A stretch of DNA of 64,000 bases, taken from Patescibacteria group bacterium. Lineage in GTDB: Bacteria > Patescibacteriota > Minisyncoccia > Phycocordibacterales > UBA1006. Of the stretch, positions 57,382 to 64,000 are shown in pieces. The stretch spans positions 17,645 to 81,644 of the forward strand of contig JAQBQS010000007.1 in NCBI GenBank assembly GCA_028286885.1. The letters run 5' to 3'. A program made the translations under genes and the position numbers. The notes beneath the pieces were generated by a model. The model was not told the DNA's origin. It did not search any database and saw nothing but the letters and a program-made list of their open reading frames with translations. Within the stretch, counting starts at the first letter, position 1. Each line of letters opens with the position of its first letter.

Positions 57382-58230
57382 TTATCCTACGAATTCAGCT
57401 TTTGCGGGTATAACTCCTTCAAGTTTGCCATCTTTCAATTCCACGCTTTCGTAGAAAGGATTAGTAATCTTTTCAGCAGTTTCAAGATCGTAGACCGCCC
57501 ACAGCTCCTTCATTTTGATACATAACCTTGGACCAGAATCTGTAACAAATGCCTTGTGAGCCACTTCTTTCAAGGAGTTGTCCTGCGAGTACACTTCTTT
57601 TCCTGAAATGGAATAGAAAGTATATTTGCATCCCGTTGCTGCCGTATCTCTTGCGACAAATCCTGCTAATTCCTTCTCAGCATATACTGCAGCGACATCA
57701 ATCGTTGACGAAATAATTGCCTGTTTCTGAGAAATCGACCAGACTGCGGCGCCTTTTTTCCTGGCACCTACATGGTCATAAAGCAATACTGCGAAAAGAT
57801 CTTCTGAGAAAATTTCGTAAGATCCGGGTAGTGCCTTAATTCCTGAAATAGTGAAGAGATGTGTTCCGAGATTATTAAACATGTCGTAGATTCCAGAGTT
57901 ATACTGTGATCTCGCAATAATTTTTAGATCTTCCAGAACTATTATTTTTTGATAGCCACCCTCTTCGCTCAGCACTATATTACCCTTAGATCCTACGATA
58001 CCGCTCGTGGAAATGTCGTTTTCCAAGTGAAGTATTTTCATAGCCGGATAATACTTGAGCTTGTCCTTGTCATTGGCTGAGGAAGCCAACTTTTTTCCTT
58101 CGAAGGAAAAAAGCGAATAGCCAGTACCCTTCGTCCCTGAATAAAGCTCCAGGTCGTGGTAAATGTTCAAGTTCTTATGATCTTTCGCGACTTCCAAAAA
58201 AGCTGCTAGATCGAAATCTTGTTTTTTCAT
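57382..58230 (-). CDS. Orphan beta-rich hypothetical protein
   Basis: AT-rich, TTGACA promoter at about 58288-58293, Y.xxG.. beta-repeat-like pattern. Confidence 0.6.
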   Translation of the reverse strand: MKKQDFDLAAFLEVAKDHKNLNIYHDLELYSGTKGTGYSLFSFEGKKLASSANDKDKLKYYPAMKILHLENDISTSGIVGSKGNIVLSEEGGYQKIIVLEDLKIIARSQYNSGIYDMFNNLGTHLFTISGIKALPGSYEIFSEDLFAVLLYDHVGARKKGAAVWSISQKQAIISSTIDVAAVYAEKELAGFVARDTAATGCKYTFYSISGKEVYSQDNSLKEVAHKAFVTDSGPRLCIKMKELWAVYDLETAEKITNPFYESVELKDGKLEGVIPAKAEFVG

Positions 58231-58355
58231 ATTATTGAATTTTAAATGTGTTTGAATTTTCCTTACTTAATCAAAAACCTGCGACATTGTCAAGGACCGG
58301 GCTTTGATTGACTTCCCGCCACAAAAACGTATCCTACGTAAAACATTACATACAA

Positions 58356-58988
58356 ATGAAAAGAAACAGAAAAGACCGATTCCTTAAAATTGTAATTCCA
58401 CAGGAGCTGAAAGACATTCTTTCGTTTGAAGAAACTCCGGACAAATTAACAATATCGATCGATGCGAAACCCTTGTTCCAATTGAGAGAACTGCCAAAAA
58501 GCGGGTATTACGAATTTCTGCGCGGCGAAGCAAAAAGCTTCATACTAATCGATGCCATTATGGGATGGGTCATCGGACACGACGAATCAAAATACAGTTT
58601 TTATTTCGGCATACTTGCAACCCAGATCCACATTTTCCAGGAAATGATCAAGAATATCTTTGACCACGCAAACTATGGAATGGTCACAATTATCCGAGGA
58701 GGAAGCGACACAACGCCGGTCTTTGATTTCAGCATCGGAAGCTATGCAAAAGACGACCCTGAAAAGCTTGCGCGATTTTTCAAAGCCTTGTCGGTTTCAG
58801 AAACCGCAGGATATTTCACGTCGCGTTTCGGAAGCGGCTCGAATTTCGGCCTCGGCACCAGGATGATTCTCGGAGCAATTCCCAACCATGCGCTCATGGT
58901 TGAAAAAGCGATCGCCGGCGACTGCATGTGGATCAAGTATTCGGGCTGGTGCGCGTCGCGGGCATTTTTCAAAACTCCTGTTTCCTGA
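58356..58988 (+). CDS. Stand-alone GHKL/HATPase-like protein
   Basis: EMIKNIFDHA (N-box-like) and NFGLGTRMI (G2-like); TTGACT at 58308. Confidence 0.55.
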   Translation: MKRNRKDRFLKIVIPQELKDILSFEETPDKLTISIDAKPLFQLRELPKSGYYEFLRGEAKSFILIDAIMGWVIGHDESKYSFYFGILATQIHIFQEMIKNIFDHANYGMVTIIRGGSDTTPVFDFSIGSYAKDDPEKLARFFKALSVSETAGYFTSRFGSGSNFGLGTRMILGAIPNHALMVEKAIAGDCMWIKYSGWCASRAFFKTPVS

Positions 58989-59045
58989 CAGGTGTTTTTA
59001 TTTGACAAAAGCTAAAAATAATATACATTGTGAAAAACACTTCCA

Positions 59046-59582
59046 ATGATCATTGAAATAGAATCTATGAATGAGTCTCAACTTGATGAGCTCAAAAAGT
59101 TTCTCGAGCGTTCGAATGGCTATGCGAGGATTTTCATTCACGCATCAAATCCTCCGCTTGGAAATATCTCTCCGATAGAGTTTCTTGTAAAAATTTTAAC
59201 TTCGGATCTTCAGAAAGAGATTCCAATCATTATTTTTGAGGATCCATGCTATACGTTTTTCTTGGAGCACTATCTTGAGGACCAAGCGTTGCAGAGAAAT
59301 GTCTACTTGATAAAGACGAAATCCGACGATCCCGAACCCGAACAAATCGGGTGGGACAGATGCATCGAAATGTTCAAGGATTGGGGCATTAAAAACATTG
59401 TTGTCGGCGGAAATTACCTGTTCCTTTATGACAAAAAAGAGATGCGGGGCTGCGCGTATTATTCGGCATTTCTTCTGTCCCAGCATTTCAATGTTACTGT
59501 TTCAAGATACGTAACGTCCGGAACTCCGGCAGTCTACAAAAAATATTGCGGCAAGTTCAAGCCCAGCGATCACACAAAATAA
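59046..59582 (+). CDS. Orphan protein with weak resemblance to the cysteine-hydrolase fold
   Basis: WGIKNIVVGG...GCA; TTGACA..TACATT promoter. Confidence 0.5.
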   Translation: MIIEIESMNESQLDELKKFLERSNGYARIFIHASNPPLGNISPIEFLVKILTSDLQKEIPIIIFEDPCYTFFLEHYLEDQALQRNVYLIKTKSDDPEPEQIGWDRCIEMFKDWGIKNIVVGGNYLFLYDKKEMRGCAYYSAFLLSQHFNVTVSRYVTSGTPAVYKKYCGKFKPSDHTK

Positions 59583-59638
59583 AACACCCCGGCGCAAGCT
59601 CAGGTGTTTTTTCATAGTTTCTAAAATGAATAAAGCGA

Positions 59639-60520
59639 TTACTCTTTCTCCGTTCGGAACTGCTCATCAAGCAATCGCTCTCGCCTCTCGTCATAGTAAA
59701 CCCATGTCGCGCTCGCGCCGAAGAGGAAAATGAGGGACGAGTAGTAGAACCACAGGAGAATTGCGACAAGAGATCCGGCGATGCCGTATGTTGCAACCGT
59801 CGAGGACTGCGCGAGATAAAATCCGAGCGCAATGTTTCCGACCGTCAGGAACGCGCCCGTGATTGCTGCTCCTGCGACCAGATGCTTCTTGGGGATATGG
59901 CGCTCGGGCAGGAAAGCATACGCGAGAAACGTGATGAAGGTCGAGATGATAAACAGAACGACCGGGGCGCCGAATGTCGTCAGAAAATTCCGAGTCGCTT
60001 CCGGAATACCGAGCGTGATGCCCGCATTAAAAAATCGCGTACCGACGATGAAGAAGATGAAGATGACCGCGAATCCGAAGGTCGCCGCAAACGAAATGAC
60101 ATATTTCGTAACCGTAGCCATGATGCCCGGTCGCGAATTGTAAGGCGTCTCCCACATGTCGTCGAGCGACTGCTTGAGCTCGCCCATGCCGGTAGCGGCA
60201 AGAACCAAAAGAAAGATCACCGCGAGAATCGCTTTCCACCACTGCTCACCGATATTCTGGGCGCTGACAAAAACGGTTTGAATGAAGTTGGAATTGTTGA
60301 CGCCCATGATGTGGGCCACTTGGGAAATGATTTCCTTCTGAAGGGATGTCGAATCGACAACGGAACTGCCAAGCCAAAACGTGATCACCAAAACCGGCAC
60401 CAGGGAAAAGAGCGCGTAATATGAAAGCGACGAAGCCATGCGCGTCGGACGCACCGCCCAAAAATGCAGCCACGTGTCGCGGATGAAGTAAGGTCCGCGC
60501 TTGTACCAAGGTTTGTCCAT
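59639..60520 (-). CDS. YihY/BrkB family membrane protein
   Basis: [38 protein letters not shown]. Confidence 0.92.
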   Translation of the reverse strand: MDKPWYKRGPYFIRDTWLHFWAVRPTRMASSLSYYALFSLVPVLVITFWLGSSVVDSTSLQKEIISQVAHIMGVNNSNFIQTVFVSAQNIGEQWWKAILAVIFLLVLAATGMGELKQSLDDMWETPYNSRPGIMATVTKYVISFAATFGFAVIFIFFIVGTRFFNAGITLGIPEATRNFLTTFGAPVVLFIISTFITFLAYAFLPERHIPKKHLVAGAAITGAFLTVGNIALGFYLAQSSTVATYGIAGSLVAILLWFYYSSLIFLFGASATWVYYDERRERLLDEQFRTEKE

Positions 60521-60560
60521 AGAGGGAATTATTATAGCAAGAAAAAACCCAATCGTGCGA

Positions 60561-61142
60561 TTAGGATTTTTCAATCATTGCCCAGAAGGGGTCAACTCCC
60601 CGTCCCGTATCGGCCGAAAAGACAATAATGTCGACGCCGTCCGGAACGCTTTTTCTCGTCGTGTTCAACGTCTTGGCAATTTCAGACTGCTTCAACTTGT
60701 CCGACTTGTTCAAAAGGATCGTAACTGATTCGTCCGCAGCAACCAATCGTTCTAAGATTTCCCAGTCCAGATCAGTGAGTCCGATTTTCGCATCCACTAC
60801 CATAACCGACTTGCGGCTCTCGGTCCGCGTACCCATGAACCACAGGATGAGATTCCTGATCTTGTCGCGCACGGTTTTCGGAAGCTTCGCGTATCCGTAT
60901 CCCGGAGTGTCGACAACGTAAAACTCGCCATTGTTGATCGTATAAAAGTTCACTTCCTGGGTCTTGCCCGGCGTGCGCGATGACTTGGCAAGTTTTTTTC
61001 TGCCAAGAATCCGATTCACCGTCGATGATTTCCCCGCATTTGATCGCCCGTAAAAGACGATCTGCGGAATCGTCGTATCCCAAAACTCGCCGTTTTTGTC
61101 GGCGACGACTCCGCGTGCGAATTGTGAATCCTTGATGATCAT
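60561..61142 (-). CDS. engB: Ribosome-biogenesis GTPase EngB/YihA
   Basis: [29 protein letters not shown]. Confidence 0.95.
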   Translation of the reverse strand: MIIKDSQFARGVVADKNGEFWDTTIPQIVFYGRSNAGKSSTVNRILGRKKLAKSSRTPGKTQEVNFYTINNGEFYVVDTPGYGYAKLPKTVRDKIRNLILWFMGTRTESRKSVMVVDAKIGLTDLDWEILERLVAADESVTILLNKSDKLKQSEIAKTLNTTRKSVPDGVDIIVFSADTGRGVDPFWAMIEKS

Positions 61143-61252
61143 AACGCAATTATATAATAAAAAATCCTCGAGATCTTTTCTCGCTTTCCTCACAGGCTAA
61201 AGCCTAGTGAGGATGCGCTGCGAAAAGATGCTCGCAGGATTTTTTATTGAAA

Positions 61253-61930
61253 CTATTTCTTCTTGGCAGCTTTCTTTGCTGGAGCTTTTGCCGCAGCCTT
61301 TTTGACTTCTTTCTTTGCAACAGCTTTTTTAGGAGCAGCTGCAGAAACCGCTGGCGCGGGCATCGCAACTTTTGCAACTGGCGCAGGAGCTGCTGTCTTT
61401 GCTGGCTGCTGTGCCGACTTGGACATAAGTCCGATCAATGTATCGAGCTTGCTCGCAACCTGATCCATCTGCTTGACGATGTTGTCGATTCGGTAATCAT
61501 TCGCAGGCTTTGCAGCCGGTGCGCGATCGTACGAACGAGGCGCTTCGCTTCGGTTATTCGGTACGAAAACCTCTTCGCCGTTCTGTTTTGCAAAACAATT
61601 GTTGCAGAGTACTGGCTTCATGCCGTTTGGCTTGAAAGGTACCTGGCATGGATTTCCGCAATTTGAACAAACAGCATCGTACATCGGCTTGTCTGATTTG
61701 AAATTAGATCCGCCTCGGTTTTCCCACGGCTTCTTGTCGAACGATGGGCGTCCGCCGTCTCGCGATCCTCCGAACGCAGGCTTGCCGAATGATCGTCCTC
61801 CGCCAAATGCGGGCTTTGATCCGTATGCCGGCTTGTCACCAAAAGGCTTTCGGTCGCCGAAACCTCCCTCTCGCTTGAACCCGCCGGATGCGCCGTCCTT
61901 GTTAAATCCTCCTCGTTTGAAATCCTTCAT
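61253..61930 (-). CDS. CxxC-x17-CxxC zinc-ribbon protein with Gly/Phe/Arg-rich N-terminus and Lys/Ala histone-like tail
   Basis: MYDAVCSNCGNPCQVPFKP..KPVLCNNCF; C-terminal KKAAAKAPAKKAAKKK. Confidence 0.85.
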   Translation of the reverse strand: MKDFKRGGFNKDGASGGFKREGGFGDRKPFGDKPAYGSKPAFGGGRSFGKPAFGGSRDGGRPSFDKKPWENRGGSNFKSDKPMYDAVCSNCGNPCQVPFKPNGMKPVLCNNCFAKQNGEEVFVPNNRSEAPRSYDRAPAAKPANDYRIDNIVKQMDQVASKLDTLIGLMSKSAQQPAKTAAPAPVAKVAMPAPAVSAAAPKKAVAKKEVKKAAAKAPAKKAAKKK

Positions 61931-62079
61931 AAAAATAAAATTAGTGTTTTACCATGAGCGGTAAAATATGACTTGATATTACATTATTTCAAATAATAAG
62001 TCAAGTATCCGTTTTTCTGACAAAATAAAAACCCCGGCCATGTTAGCCGGGGTGTCTTCGATTTTAAAAATGAGCGTAC

Positions 62080-64000
62080 TTAGTTCTTGAGCTCGAGGTA
62101 TTTCTCGAGGCCGACTTCTTCTGCGAGATGGCGGGCGTTGCCCCGTCCGATGCCGGGCTTCATGCTTCCGTCCTTGTCGAAGTAGAAGCAGTTCGCGCCG
62201 AGCTCGTCTTTGGAGAACTGGGCAAGCTGCGTGATCTGCGTGACAAAGAGGATGCTGCATTTCTTGCGGCTGAGCATGCGCAGGTATTGGCGTCCGATCT
62301 CGAGACCGTCAGCCTCTTGCGTTCCGGTGAGGAGTTCGTCGATGACAACGACAATTTTGTTGTCCTTGTTCTTTTCGATCTCCTCGGCGACGATCTTCAG
62401 TTTCTCCATGAGGAGCTGAAGCATCGAGCCTTGGCCCTTCTCGACGAACACCATCGCGATGACGTTCTTCGCATTGAAGCTGAAATGGTCTGCGAACACC
62501 GGAAGTCCCATGTGGGCCTGGATGGTCGCGTTGATCATCTCGACTTCGGTTGCGGTTTTTCCGCCGCCGTTTTGTCCGGTGAGCGAGAGGATCTGTCCGT
62601 TCAGCGCAGGAAGGCCTTTGATGAGGCGGAGGTCTTTCGATGCGAGTTCCTTGGTCCGGTCCTTGTTCAAGCTTCCGATCAGGTGGATCGGCGCGAGGTT
62701 GTCAAACGAGATCACGTTGTGATCGTCGTCGAGAACCGTCGGGAAGCAGAACGGCAGGTGCCCGAACTTTTCCCGCGTCTTCCAGATCGTTCTTGCCTTG
62801 TCGGCGAGAGCGTTGAGATCGGAGAAGAGCGAGGATACGGATTTGCGGAACGTCGATACCGTTTGCCAGTCGTTCTCGAGGCCGAGGCCGTCGATCGCGT
62901 TTCTGAGATTCGAGTACTTCACTTCCGAGAGCATTGCCTCGTAGGACTTCTCGGAGACGACATTGCTTGACCCTCCGGCGAGAAGCTCGCGCGAAGAGGC
63001 GATCGCTCCTTCGAGAGCGTACTGCAGCGGAAGCCTGATCGCCTTGATGGTCGCCTCGTTGGAGAGCTTGATCGCGCGCGACTTGAAAAGCTTCTTCTTG
63101 AGCTTGGAGTAGATCGACGTGCCTTTCGAGAAGATGTTCTCGATCGGATCGAACGCCGCGGCTCCTCCGAGGCTCATGCTGCTGAGGTACGTTTCTTCGA
63201 CCTTGATATTCGAGGTTACGTCGATCAGACGAACTACGAAACCGGCGTCGCCGTTGAGGATGAACTGAAACTCGGTCCCTATGGATATCGAGTTCACGAT
63301 GGCGTCCCAGTCAGATTGCCTGATGCCGTCCTTGGCTATCTTTGCGTAAAGATTGTCCCTGAGGCGGCGGAGGAATGTAGCATGGAGATCCGCGATCTCG
63401 TTTCTGACCGAGTACGGGAGTTCCGTCGTGTAGAGCACGTCGTTCCTGTTCTTCTCGACGAACGACATCACCAGCGTGCAGATGATCCAGAACGGACTGA
63501 GAAGCGCTTGCGCCAGCCTGAGGCCGGCCTTCTCCCAGTTGTCCTTGTGCTTCACGTCATAGAGCTTGAGAAATCCCCTGGCGATCTGAGTGACGAAATT
63601 GCTTTCCTCGCGGAACGCATAGTCGCGGAATCCGTAGACGTCATGAGTGAGCGAGGTGCTGTCCTGGAACTGCACGGTATCGTGACCTTCCTTGTCCTTC
63701 TTGGGAACCGGGGTCGTCGTGATGGATACCACGCCGCTGTAGCTGTACACGTTGTCGAGTTCGACGGCGAGCACTTCGGACATTCTGTCTTCGATGGCGA
63801 CCGTCTTTGCGAACTCTTCCTTGAGCTTAACCAGGATGTCCTGATAGGTCGTCGTGCCGTACGGAAACCGCGTTGCCTTGGTGCCGGACTCGAGAGAGCG
63901 GATCAGATGCGCGACCCTCTTGTTGTAGGGCGAGCGCGATCCGTACTCCTGGAAGAAATCCTTGGAGAAATGGTCCGTCGGATAAAAACTGTAATTAGCC
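62080..64000 (-). CDS. MutS-related ATPase-domain protein, 5' end beyond the window
   Basis: LTGQNGGGKT, VVIDELLTGT, LFVTQ. The frame stays open from 63783 to the window end. Confidence 0.75.
   Translation of the reverse strand, partial: ANYSFYPTDHFSKDFFQEYGSRSPYNKRVAHLIRSLESGTKATRFPYGTTTYQDILVKLKEEFAKTVAIEDRMSEVLAVELDNVYSYSGVVSITTTPVPKKDKEGHDTVQFQDSTSLTHDVYGFRDYAFREESNFVTQIARGFLKLYDVKHKDNWEKAGLRLAQALLSPFWIICTLVMSFVEKNRNDVLYTTELPYSVRNEIADLHATFLRRLRDNLYAKIAKDGIRQSDWDAIVNSISIGTEFQFILNGDAGFVVRLIDVTSNIKVEETYLSSMSLGGAAAFDPIENIFSKGTSIYSKLKKKLFKSRAIKLSNEATIKAIRLPLQYALEGAIASSRELLAGGSSNVVSEKSYEAMLSEVKYSNLRNAIDGLGLENDWQTVSTFRKSVSSLFSDLNALADKARTIWKTREKFGHLPFCFPTVLDDDHNVISFDNLAPIHLIGSLNKDRTKELASKDLRLIKGLPALNGQILSLTGQNGGGKTATEVEMINATIQAHMGLPVFADHFSFNAKNVIAMVFVEKGQGSMLQLLMEKLKIVAEEIEKNKDNKIVVVIDELLTGTQEADGLEIGRQYLRMLSRKKCSILFVTQITQLAQFSKDELGANCFYFDKDGSMKPGIGRGNARHLAEEVGLEKYLELKN

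Noticed and set aside
2357-62970. Long opposite-strand or alternate-frame ORFs (e.g. 2357-3232, 14082-15173, 21699-22340, 62128-62970)
   Set aside because: They are shadows of well-supported genes and carry no motifs.
1-64000. CRISPR array, rRNA, tRNA, integrase or transposase
   Set aside because: I saw no regularly spaced identical repeats, cloverleaf structures or recombinase motifs. The region upstream of secE has no tRNA-Trp that I could see.

Overview
This is a 64 kb chromosomal segment, most likely from a Patescibacteria/CPR (Parcubacteria-like) bacterium using genetic code 11. The assignment rests on rpmD missing between rpsE and rplO, rplK not followed by rplA, a single-chain GlyRS, a stand-alone VirD4/TraG-like ATPase and near-absence of Shine-Dalgarno sites. 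Housekeeping genes are mostly on the minus strand (rpsF-ssb-rpsR, tatD, metG, glyS, recO, ileS, argS, secE-nusG-rplK, rpsN to secY, adk, map, uppP, rarA, engB) and are interleaved with self-contained AT-rich orphan genes. The best candidate for a new system is at 50699-55054: an OmpR-type regulator, an unlisted 34-aa ORF ending YEAWD and preceded by 11-bp-phased repeats, a multi-TM histidine kinase, and a fused class II terpene cyclase/ComQ-like prenyltransferase. Together these suggest a ComQXPA-like quorum-sensing circuit with a cyclised-isoprenoid peptide signal. Other highlights are three tandem small-RNA-like units with a shared 5' motif (40778-41293), a divergent folA-HIT-thyA / NTase-deaminase island, genes with Bacteroidota-type export signals including a T9SS CTD, an ultrashort-stem-I Ile T-box separated from ileS by an antisense gene, and a circularly permuted DsbA. 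All calls come from reading motifs by eye; no database searches were run.
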